A DNA stretch of 64,000 nucleotides from assembly GCA_021778015.1 (NCBI GenBank), contig JAJYCX010000009.1:12522-76521 (forward strand). The letters are read 5' to 3'. This document shows positions 9,206-17,083 of this stretch, piece by piece. Positions within the stretch are counted from its first letter, which is position 1; every line of letters begins with the position of its first letter. Under the pieces are notes generated by a model, which did not search any database, was not told the origin of the DNA, and saw only the letters and a list, made by a program, of their open reading frames with translations. Made by a program: the position numbers and the translations under genes. Source of the DNA: Pseudomonadota bacterium. GTDB taxonomy: Bacteria; Pseudomonadota; Gammaproteobacteria; UBA1113.

Positions 9206-9939
9206 TGTGTGGATATTGCGGTTGCGGACACGATCATGAACATACCCATGAGCATGAACACGATCATGCGCACGATTCTAGAATCATTCAGATTGAGCAA
9301 GATATTTTAGGGGAAAATCAACGCTTTGCCGATCAAAACCGCGCTTATTTCGCCAAAAATCATATTGTCGCTTTAAATCTCATGTCTAGCCCTGGTTCTG
9401 GCAAAACGACTTTATTAATAGAAACCATACGCGCATTAAAACAACGCTGCGCGATCAGCGTTATCGAAGGGGATCAACAAACGGATTTAGATGCCAAACG
9501 TATCGCTGAAACAGGTGTACCCGTATTACAAATCAATACCGGCAAGGCCTGTCATTTAGATGCGCATCGCATAGGCCATGCCTTAGGCGATTTAGCGCTT
9601 AGCAACAACAGCGTATTATTCATAGAAAACGTAGGCAATTTGGTTTGCCCTGCTTTGTTTGATTTAGGTGAAAAAGCAAAGATAGTGATATTGTCGGTTA
9701 CTGAAGGCGATGATAAACCTTTGAAGTATCCACATATGTTTGCCGAAGCCAGTTTAATGATAATCAATAAGATTGACTTGTTGCCCTATGTTTCTTTCAA
9801 CGTAGAACAATGCATAGAATATGCTAAACGTGTTAACCCACATATTGCAGTATTACAAACCTCGGCGACTACACACCAAGGCATAGCACCATGGTGTGAT
9901 TGGTTACTAGAAGCTCATAATAAAAAGATTACAACTTAA
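9205..9939 (+). CDS. hypB: hydrogenase nickel-incorporation GTPase HypB
   Basis: N-terminal CGYCGC followed by a His-rich tract (HDHEHTHEHEHDHAHD), and P-loop SSPGSGKTT. Start overlaps the hypA stop (TAATG). Confidence 0.92.
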   Translation: MCGYCGCGHDHEHTHEHEHDHAHDSRIIQIEQDILGENQRFADQNRAYFAKNHIVALNLMSSPGSGKTTLLIETIRALKQRCAISVIEGDQQTDLDAKRIAETGVPVLQINTGKACHLDAHRIGHALGDLALSNNSVLFIENVGNLVCPALFDLGEKAKIVILSVTEGDDKPLKYPHMFAEASLMIINKIDLLPYVSFNVEQCIEYAKRVNPHIAVLQTSATTHQGIAPWCDWLLEAHNKKITT

Positions 9940-9960
9940 AGTTAGCACAGCGTGACCCAC

Positions 9961-10358
9961 CGTCATTGCGATCGGAGAAACCATCATGAACTTAGAGAGT
10001 CTCAACGAATTCTAAAATTTCACGATACGGTTGTTACCCGCGGAATCCGTCATTGCGAGCAAACGAGCACTGGATGTATAATAAAGACTGTGAACGGTAA
10101 CAACGACTGAATGATTAAACTGCACGAAACTAGATGAGTGCAGCGCGGCAATCCATCGTTTTGGTAATGAAAATGAACCTGATGTATCATAAAACGAATA
10201 GATCTATAAGATCTAGTGCTTTATAAGTTTCACGATGCATGAAGTTTATAGTCATCATTCAAACGCTGGATTGCCACGCCTTGTTCGCCGCGCTCACTGG
10301 CTCGCAATGACGGATTCCGCGTATAACAATCGTACCGTGAAGTTTTAGAGCTTGACTC
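9961..10358. repeat. family-A nested palindromic element (long form)
   Basis: Outer arms GAGTCTCAACGAAT...CGTCATTGCGAGC pair with GCTCGCAATGACG...GAGCTTGACTC, and inner arms GGCAATCCA pair with TGGATTGCC. It fills the hypB-hypF spacer. Confidence 0.85.
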
Positions 10359-10395
10359 ATTAATACAACAATGGCGGAACCTAGGAATTACATCT

Positions 10396-12648
10396 ATGCA
10401 ACGATTACAGCTTAAAGTTTTCGGACTCGTTCAAGGTGTAGGCTTTAGACCTTATGTTTATCGCCTGGCCACCAAATTAAACCTAAGCGGCTTTATTAAG
10501 AATGACCCTTATGGTGTACACATAGAAATACAAGGCACAGAATGCCCACGCTTTTTAAGCGCGTTGACAAAAGACTTACCGCCCTTAGCGCGCATAGATT
10601 CTGTAGTGCAAAAAGAGATGGCATTAAAAAAGAGTAAAGCTCTTTTTGCAATCCATAGCAGTGTAAGCGGTATAGTCAGTAGTAAAATTCCTGCAGATAC
10701 CGCTGTTTGCGATGATTGTTTGCACGATCTGTTTGATCCGAATAGTCCGTTTTACCACTACCCTTTTGTACAGTGTACGCATTGCGGTCCGCGCTATAGC
10801 CTGACCTGGAAATTGCCTTACGATAGAAAAAACACGAACCTTTCTGTTTTTGAACCTTGTACAAGTTGTAGCGCCATGTACGACAATCCAAACGATCGAC
10901 GCTATCATGCCGAAACCATCGCTTGTGCACAGTGTGGTCCTAGCTTAAGCCACTCTATAACTGACATGACGACCGTTATTTCGCAAGGTAAAATATTGGC
11001 CTTAAAAAGTATAGGCGGCTATCAATTGATCTGTGATGCCCGCAATGAGAATGCGCTACAAAAAGTGCGGTTGAACAAGGCACGTTTACATAAGCCGTTT
11101 GCGTTGATGGTATTGAATAGTGCCTCAGCAAAACAAATCGTTGATTGCAATAAAGCTGCTTTGCAATTGCTCAACAGCCCACAGCGTCCTATAGTCGTAT
11201 TAGATAAGATAGATCATTCTTTACCGCTACAAATAGCGCCAGGATTAAATAGCTTAGGTGTCATGTTGGCTTACACGCCCGCACACTATTTGTTATTTCA
11301 TGCCCTATTAGGCTCGCCAACTGGGAACAAATGGTTACAAGAAAAAAATAGTCTAGTATTAGTCGTCACCAGTGCGAATAACAGCGACAGCCCTATCATT
11401 AGGAAAAATGATATTGCAGAACAAGAATTGCAATCTATAGCGGATTGTGTAGTACATTATAATCGCGATATTAGTACTGCATTAGACGATTCCGTAGTAC
11501 AATTTATTGCTGAGAAACCCGCCTTTATCCGGCGTGCGCGCGGTTATGTGCCGAATGCTATCGCCTTACCCTATACTATTCCGGCTACCTTAGCCTTAGG
11601 CGGTTATTTAAAAAATACGATTTGCGTGACGCGTGGCAATGAAGCGTTTGTGTCGCAACCCGTAGGGAGTTTAAACACAAAGGAAAGCATCGCCTTTTAT
11701 CACGATACTATAAAGCATTTATTGAAAACATTGAATGTTAAACCCGACTGTGTAGTACATGACAAACATCCGGACTTTTATTCTACGCAAATTGCCGCAC
11801 AATTTAGAGTACCTAGCTTTGCTATTCAACACCACCATGCCCATTTAGCCGCGTGTGCAGTTGAGCATGGTATTACCACGCCCGCATTAGGCTTAGCCTT
11901 AGATGGTTTTGGCTTGGGAGACGATGGCGAAAGCTGGGGCGGTGAATTGATGCTTTATCATAGCAACGACTATAAACGTTTGGGCTCATTGCAACCTTTA
12001 TTACAACCCGGTGGCGATGCCGTCGTCAAACAACCCTGGCGTATGGCCATAAGCGCATTATTTGCTTTAGGAAAACCAGACTTAGCACTACAACGCTTTA
12101 GTCATCATTCACAAACAGCCGCTATTTTGTCGTTATTAGAGAATGGCGTGCACACACCTGCTAGCAGCAGTTGCGGCCGTCTATTCGACGCGGCGAGTAG
12201 CCTATTGGGCATTTGCGAAAGCGCCGATTATGAAGGACAAGCGGCCATGATGATGGAAAGTTGTGTTTCTAAAATTAAATGCGATTCTAAGGGCTGGATA
12301 TTGAATGATACCCATTTAAATATGTTGCCATTATTGAATACGCTGTTATCTTGTGATCCTACAGAAGGCGCTAATTTATTTCACGGCACTTTGGCCGCGG
12401 CTTTAATAAACTGGGTAGAACAGGCTGCTCTGCAACACGGTTTAGAAAAAGTATTATTATCCGGCGGTTGCTTTCTCAATAGAGTTTTAAGCGATGCTGT
12501 GATCTCTGGTTTAAAAAAGAAAAATTTAATCCCACTTTACCCTCGATTATATCCGCCTAACGACAGCGGCTTGAGTTTAGGCCAGGCTTGGTTAGGTGGT
12601 AATAAGATGATGGGGCGTTCGTATCTAAGTCAGAAAAGACCTCCGTGA
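10396..12648 (+). CDS. hypF: carbamoyltransferase HypF
   Basis: 750 aa. Acylphosphatase-like N-terminus (VQGVGFRPYVY), two CxxC-x18-CxxC zinc fingers, and YrdC and Kae1-like domains. Confidence 0.95.
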   Translation: MQRLQLKVFGLVQGVGFRPYVYRLATKLNLSGFIKNDPYGVHIEIQGTECPRFLSALTKDLPPLARIDSVVQKEMALKKSKALFAIHSSVSGIVSSKIPADTAVCDDCLHDLFDPNSPFYHYPFVQCTHCGPRYSLTWKLPYDRKNTNLSVFEPCTSCSAMYDNPNDRRYHAETIACAQCGPSLSHSITDMTTVISQGKILALKSIGGYQLICDARNENALQKVRLNKARLHKPFALMVLNSASAKQIVDCNKAALQLLNSPQRPIVVLDKIDHSLPLQIAPGLNSLGVMLAYTPAHYLLFHALLGSPTGNKWLQEKNSLVLVVTSANNSDSPIIRKNDIAEQELQSIADCVVHYNRDISTALDDSVVQFIAEKPAFIRRARGYVPNAIALPYTIPATLALGGYLKNTICVTRGNEAFVSQPVGSLNTKESIAFYHDTIKHLLKTLNVKPDCVVHDKHPDFYSTQIAAQFRVPSFAIQHHHAHLAACAVEHGITTPALGLALDGFGLGDDGESWGGELMLYHSNDYKRLGSLQPLLQPGGDAVVKQPWRMAISALFALGKPDLALQRFSHHSQTAAILSLLENGVHTPASSSCGRLFDAASSLLGICESADYEGQAAMMMESCVSKIKCDSKGWILNDTHLNMLPLLNTLLSCDPTEGANLFHGTLAAALINWVEQAALQHGLEKVLLSGGCFLNRVLSDAVISGLKKKNLIPLYPRLYPPNDSGLSLGQAWLGGNKMMGRSYLSQKRPP

Positions 12649-12715
12649 CAATTCTAAACTATCTTTGCACGATTTCATGTTGTCCCAGCTCTAAAACTTT
12701 AAGCAAACTTAAAGT
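12622..12715 (-). pseudogene. relic of a Phd/YefM antitoxin 3' end (in-frame stop), overlapping the hypF 3' end
   Basis: About 80% identical by eye to 16587-16680, the 3' part of the intact antitoxin gene. Reads TLSLLKVLELGQHEIVQR-stop-FRIVTEVFSDLD versus the intact TLTLLKILALGQHEIEQGLFRSATEVFSDLD. Confidence 0.7.
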
Positions 12716-12730
12716 TTTTTATTGCGGCTC

Positions 12731-12764
12731 GCACAATGACGATATATAACTACCGTCATTGCAC
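12731..12764. repeat. minimal family-A hairpin (GCACAATGACG / CGTCATTGCAC)
   Basis: Short inverted repeat built from the family-A arm core, directly downstream of csrA. Confidence 0.6.
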
Positions 12765-12776
12765 TCTTTAACATTG

Positions 12777-12953
12777 CTATTCAGGTTCAAACAATCCAGC
12801 TTTTATTTTTTCATAAATCTCTTCTCTATGCACCTCGATCTCTCTAGGCGCTTCGATTCCTAATTTCACCTGACCACTTATATCCAATACCCGAATGATA
12901 ATGTCATCGCCTATAACGATGTTCTCACCTAGTCGTCGTGTTAAAATCAACAT
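12777..12953 (-). CDS. csrA: carbon storage regulator CsrA-family RNA-binding protein (divergent paralog)
   Basis: 58 aa, [17 protein letters not shown]...[19 protein letters not shown] 12953 has an AAGGAG RBS. The longer track ORF (to 13172) is rejected. Confidence 0.85.
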   Translation of the reverse strand: MLILTRRLGENIVIGDDIIIRVLDISGQVKLGIEAPREIEVHREEIYEKIKAGLFEPE

Positions 12954-13050
12954 TGCATTACTCCTTTTTTCTATAATAAATAGAACCCAATAAAAAAGAT
13001 AAAAAGTAACTACTCGGATCATCCTCTCTCTCACATCCGCTCCCTGACGG

Positions 13051-13090
13051 TCGCGGCTCAGAAAATCGCGGCTCAGAAAATCGCGGCTCG
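13051..13090. repeat. tandem 15-bp repeat (TCGCGGCTCAGAAAA, 2.7 copies) attached to short motif C
   Basis: Units start at 13051, 13066 and 13081, preceded by CATCCGCTCCCTGACGGTCGCGGCTC (13034-13059). That motif recurs at 36763 and 33048. Confidence 0.85.
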
Positions 13091-13404
13091 GATCATCCGT
13101 TTGTAACTGATATTTCAACGGCGGACCACGCCCACCATAAGGTACGCAATATGCGCGTCTAAAAAAGCCCATCTCTTATTTTCTCCTTGGTTTAATTTCC
13201 AGGTGTAGGCACAAAGGCCTCACAGCTACAGGAAAAAAACTAAGAAGCGCGGACTTCTACAGACGCCACAATCCGGCGGTTAGAACTTTTTAAGACCCAA
13301 AAGAGCTTCTTTTTAGTCAAAAATTGGCCTAAACACAGAGTATTGTTTACATATTGGTCATGCTTATGATGGGCAAGATGCCGCTGCGATGGGCGGCGAC
13401 GATG

Positions 13405-13413
13405 TGGTATAAT
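13405..13413 (+). promoter_or_regulatory. extended -10 promoter element TGgTATAAT (candidate promoter of the hypC leader or an sRNA)
   Basis: Exact TGnTATAAT. There is no good -35, which is acceptable for extended -10 promoters. It points toward hypC, 470 nt downstream. Confidence 0.35.
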
Positions 13414-13640
13414 TTTCACAGCTTGTATCCTTATGGAAGTAAGGTTCAAGTTAGCCTCTTTGGCGTGCTTTGACTCATGCCAGAGGGGCGACTTAAGTTA
13501 CGCAACTTTGAGTTTTTCCGAACGATAGCGAGGACTCAAGGTTGCACTCTTTATGCGTGGATTTAATCACCACGCATAAGTACATCATAGCAAAGAAAAA
13601 TAGAAAATAAAAGGTTTGGTGGAATTTTTAAGTTGGAATT

Positions 13641-13845
13641 GAAGATGTGAAATTTTTCATCTTCGGCCGAAGGTCGAGGTTCCAGTTTCAAATCAAGTTT
13701 TTTCTGGATCCCCGACTGCGGCCTCGCGACCGCGTCGAGGATGACAAAGTTTTAAGTATGACTGCATTCAGTATTAAACTCGCATTGTCGAGGATAACAA
13801 CGCTTTGAATAGAAATCAGCGTATGACACACAATGCATCTTGAAA
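13641..13845. repeat. family-B nested palindromic element
   Basis: Core GGTCGAGG...CTGGATCCCCGACTGCGGCC...GTCGAGGATGAC with outer AGATG/CATCT flanks, in the csrA-hypC spacer. Confidence 0.75.
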
Positions 13846-13882
13846 TGAATATCGTTATTAAAAATATGAGGAAAACGAATCT

Positions 13883-14101
13883 ATGTGTTTAGCTATGCCC
13901 GTGCAAATAACTGCGCTAAAAGATCATCCTCTTGCGATAGCCAATATAGGTGGCATTGAAAAAGAAATTTCGCTTGCTCTAGTAGACGATGTGCACGTAG
14001 GTGATTACGTCATTCTACATGTAGGTTATGCCTTAACGAAACTGGATGAAACCGAGGCACAAAAAACATTGGCTCTTTTTAAAGAGATGTCTGAATTATG
14101 A
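13883..14101 (+). CDS. hypC: hydrogenase assembly chaperone HypC
   Basis: 72 aa with the MCLAMP N-terminus (essential Cys2). Confidence 0.9.
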   Translation: MCLAMPVQITALKDHPLAIANIGGIEKEISLALVDDVHVGDYVILHVGYALTKLDETEAQKTLALFKEMSEL

Positions 14102-15222
14102 AATACATCAGTGAATTTCGCGATGGTAAAATGGCGCAATTGATCGCAGAGAAAATAAAACGCACCGTCGAACCCAATCGCCATTATGCCATCATGGAAT
14201 TTTGTGGCGGCCATACGCATGCCATACATCGTTATGGTATTACCTCTTTATTGCCGAAGAATATAGAGCTAATCCACGGACCAGGTTGTCCAGTATGCAT
14301 ACTCCCCATCGCACGTATCGATTATGCGATTGCTTTGGCAGAACTACCACAAGTAATTTTATGCAGTTATGGCGATATGCTGCGTGTTCCCGGCAGTGAT
14401 CAATACAGTTTATTGAAGGCCAAAGCAAAGGGCGCAGACGTGCGCATGGTTTACTCTATAGACGATGCTTTGATGATAGCCCGACAAAACCCGAATAAAG
14501 AAGTGATCTTTTTTGCCGTGGGTTTTGAAACCACTACCCCGCCTACTGCCGTTGCCTTGTTACAAGCACAAAAAGAACAGTTGAAGAATTTCACTATTTT
14601 TTGTAACCATGTGTTAACACCTATTGCCATGCAAGCCTTATTAGAAGCAGAAAAGAATGATGTTAATTCCAGCGTTAACTTAGATGGCTTTATAGGTCCT
14701 TCTCATGTGAGCATCGTCATAGGCAGCGATGCCTACAAAATAGTGGCGGAGCATTATCACAAACCAGTGGTCATTGCGGGCTTTGAACCCTTAGACGTGA
14801 TGCAATCTATAGAAATGTTGGTGGTTATGATCAACGAAAAGCGTTATGGCATTGAAAATCAATATACGCGTGCCGTATCATCTACAGGTAATATTAAATC
14901 GCAGCAGTTTATAGCAGAAACCTTAGAATTGCGCGATCGCTTTGAATGGCGTGGTCTAGGGTATATAGAAAAAAGCGCAATGAAGATAAAAGCGGAATTT
15001 GCAGCATTTGACGCCGAGCTACGTTTTCCCATGACCATTGCCGAAGGCAAAGAGCATAAAGCCTGCGAGTGCGGCGCTATTTTGCGTGGGGCTAAGAAAC
15101 CACAAGATTGCAAATTATTTGCTGTCGCTTGCACCCCAGAAAATCCCTTAGGCTCGTGCATGGTTTCCTCCGAGGGGGCCTGCGCCGCTTATTATGCTTA
15201 TGGGAGGTTGAGCGATGATTAA
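14098..15222 (+). CDS. hypD: hydrogenase formation protein HypD
   Basis: 374 aa with motifs CGGHTH and GPGCPVC. Start overlaps the hypC stop (ATGA). Confidence 0.93.
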   Translation: MKYISEFRDGKMAQLIAEKIKRTVEPNRHYAIMEFCGGHTHAIHRYGITSLLPKNIELIHGPGCPVCILPIARIDYAIALAELPQVILCSYGDMLRVPGSDQYSLLKAKAKGADVRMVYSIDDALMIARQNPNKEVIFFAVGFETTTPPTAVALLQAQKEQLKNFTIFCNHVLTPIAMQALLEAEKNDVNSSVNLDGFIGPSHVSIVIGSDAYKIVAEHYHKPVVIAGFEPLDVMQSIEMLVVMINEKRYGIENQYTRAVSSTGNIKSQQFIAETLELRDRFEWRGLGYIEKSAMKIKAEFAAFDAELRFPMTIAEGKEHKACECGAILRGAKKPQDCKLFAVACTPENPLGSCMVSSEGACAAYYAYGRLSDD

Positions 15223-16237
15223 AGTCAATTTTAAACACGGTATGGTGGAAATGAATCATGGCTCCGGTGGTAAAGCCATGCATCAATTAATAGAACAATT
15301 GTTTTTAAAAGCCTTCGACAATGCATGGTTATTACAACGTCGTGATCAAGCTTCATTGAACATCACCAATCCGCGTTTAGTCATGACCACCGATGGTCAT
15401 GTGATTTCTCCTTTATTTTTCCCCGGTGGCGATATAGGCAGCTTGGCCGTACACGGAACCATCAACGATATCGCTATGGCAGGCGCTACCCCTTTGTATT
15501 TATCCGTCGCATTTATTTTAGAAGAAGGATTTCCCTTAAGCGACTTACAAAAAATAGTACACTCGATGGCAAAAGCAGCCAAAGATGCTAATGTAGCGAT
15601 TGTTGCTGGCGATACGAAGGTCGTTGAAAGAGGCAAAGGTGATGGCGTATTTATTACGACTACCGGCATCGGTGTAGTACCTACAGAGGTACAGTTAACC
15701 AATCAAATCGCACCCGGCGATAAAGTAATCGTCAGCGGTTTTATAGGCGATCATGGCATTGCCGTGATGTCCAAGCGGCAAAATTTACAATTTAACACCG
15801 AAATTCTTTCCGACAGCACATCTCTGCATGGGTTAACGGCACAGATGCTACGAGCTGTGCCAACACTGCATTGCTTACGTGACCCTACTCGTGGCGGCGT
15901 GGCTGGAGTGTTGAATGAGTGGGCTAATCAATATGGCTTAGGATTTGTGATAGATGAAAATGCTTTACCTATACGGGATGCCGTGCGCGGAGCTTGTGAA
16001 TTATTAGGTATCGATCCGTTGTATGTAGCCAATGAAGGTAAGTTAGTCGCTGTATGTGCGGCAGCCGATGCCGATAATGTATTAGCAGCGATGAAAGCAC
16101 ATCCGCAAGGATTAGATGCGGCTATTATAGGCGAGGCGATTAGCGATAGTCACTGTTTCGTGCAGATGAAAACGAGCTTTGGTGGCAAGCGTATAGTCGA
16201 TTGGCTGGCTGGGGATCAGTTGCCACGGATATGTTAA
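15215..16237 (+). CDS. hypE: carbamoyl dehydratase HypE
   Basis: 340 aa, AIR-synthase-like fold, ending in the HypE C-terminal PRIC motif. Confidence 0.93.
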   Translation: MIKVNFKHGMVEMNHGSGGKAMHQLIEQLFLKAFDNAWLLQRRDQASLNITNPRLVMTTDGHVISPLFFPGGDIGSLAVHGTINDIAMAGATPLYLSVAFILEEGFPLSDLQKIVHSMAKAAKDANVAIVAGDTKVVERGKGDGVFITTTGIGVVPTEVQLTNQIAPGDKVIVSGFIGDHGIAVMSKRQNLQFNTEILSDSTSLHGLTAQMLRAVPTLHCLRDPTRGGVAGVLNEWANQYGLGFVIDENALPIRDAVRGACELLGIDPLYVANEGKLVAVCAAADADNVLAAMKAHPQGLDAAIIGEAISDSHCFVQMKTSFGGKRIVDWLAGDQLPRIC

Positions 16238-16239
16238 AT

Positions 16240-16584
16240 CTATTTACTGTGCAATAGCCGTCTAATCAATAATGATTTTAGATCTTTTCTAACATCCGTA
16301 ATGATATGAATATAAATTTGTTCTTCGTCGTGTATGGATAATTTCACCTCATAGATGATACGATTCATACCCGAAATCACCTGACGATATTGCGTCTGAC
16401 CTATGGAAATCAATTCTTGCGGAATAATGCCACTCAAAGGAAAATGTGCGATGGTTTCTATCGCTTTTTTTATGCCTTTATAACTAGCTCGCCAAGATGT
16501 TAAACCAAATTCTTGACTAAGATATTGTTTTAAGTCTTTTAAATCTTCTTCTGCTGATCTAAGTAAAAATACAGGAAGAGCCAT
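16240..16584 (-). CDS. type II toxin, RelE/ParE family
   Basis: 114 aa, coupled to the upstream antitoxin by a 1-nt overlap. ParE-like N-terminus (SAEEDLKDLKQYL). Confidence 0.6.
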   Translation of the reverse strand: MALPVFLLRSAEEDLKDLKQYLSQEFGLTSWRASYKGIKKAIETIAHFPLSGIIPQELISIGQTQYRQVISGMNRIIYEVKLSIHDEEQIYIHIITDVRKDLKSLLIRRLLHSK

Positions 16585-16850
16585 TATTCTTCCTTATCTA
16601 AGTCAGAAAAAACCTCCGTGGCAGATCTAAATAATCCTTGTTCGATTTCATGTTGGCCTAATGCTAAAATTTTAAGTAAAGTTAAAGTCTCTTCTTGTTG
16701 CTCGTAAGAATGTACGTCAATTACTACAAATTTTGCTTCCCCATTTTGAGTAATGATCACCGGTTGACGTGTTTTTGCCAGCTCTTTAGCCATTTCCGCC
16801 GTATGGCTTTTAAGATAGCTAATCGGTTTTATTTGTGTGGAAAAGTTCAT
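16584..16850 (-). CDS. type II antitoxin, Phd/YefM family
   Basis: 88 aa from ATG 16850 (a GTG at 16859 is also possible). Typical Phd/YefM core RQPVIITQNGEAKFVVIDVHSYE. Confidence 0.75.
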   Translation of the reverse strand: MNFSTQIKPISYLKSHTAEMAKELAKTRQPVIITQNGEAKFVVIDVHSYEQQEETLTLLKILALGQHEIEQGLFRSATEVFSDLDKEE

Positions 16851-16867
16851 AATAATCACCTTAACAA

Positions 16868-16890
16868 GTATTATAGATCTTATTATAGAC
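16868..16890 (-). promoter_or_regulatory. candidate TA promoter/operator: direct repeat TCTATAAT-N4-TCTATAAT
   Basis: The minus strand reads GTCTATAATAAGATCTATAATAC 10-30 nt upstream of the antitoxin start. It contains a TATAAT -10 and a repeated half-site, as is usual for autoregulated TA operators. Confidence 0.45.
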
Positions 16891-17083
16891 TAAATTTAGT
16901 CCTATGGATAGGCCCTTATTTTACGTCTTCGCAAAAAAATAAATGTATAACTCCTTGATTTAAATAGACTTATATTTAATACTGATTCTTGTTTAAATTT
17001 TACCCAGCTTAATGGCAAGCAAAATACTTCTATATGTAAGATAGCGCCCATATGATATACTTTTCTTTTTTAGGAATAAAACA

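Noticed and set aside
12954-13172. N-terminal extension of the csrA ORF (131-aa version containing [13 protein letters not shown]).
   Set aside because: The extension is the translation of the 15-bp tandem repeat and motif C. The canonical CsrA start MLILTRR has its own AAGGAG RBS at 12953, and CsrA proteins are about 55-75 aa.
13280-13293. TTAGAACTTTTTAA, resembling the LetA/GacA box (TNAGAAATTTCTNA) upstream of the putative leader/sRNA.
   Set aside because: It has two mismatches at conserved central positions and lies about 125 bp upstream of the candidate -10, farther than described for GacA-type sRNA promoters. It is not strong enough to call.
13240-13449. 69-aa minus-strand ORF in the csrA-hypC spacer.
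   Set aside because: It has no RBS, a basic low-complexity peptide and no family resemblance. It overlaps the candidate promoter region.
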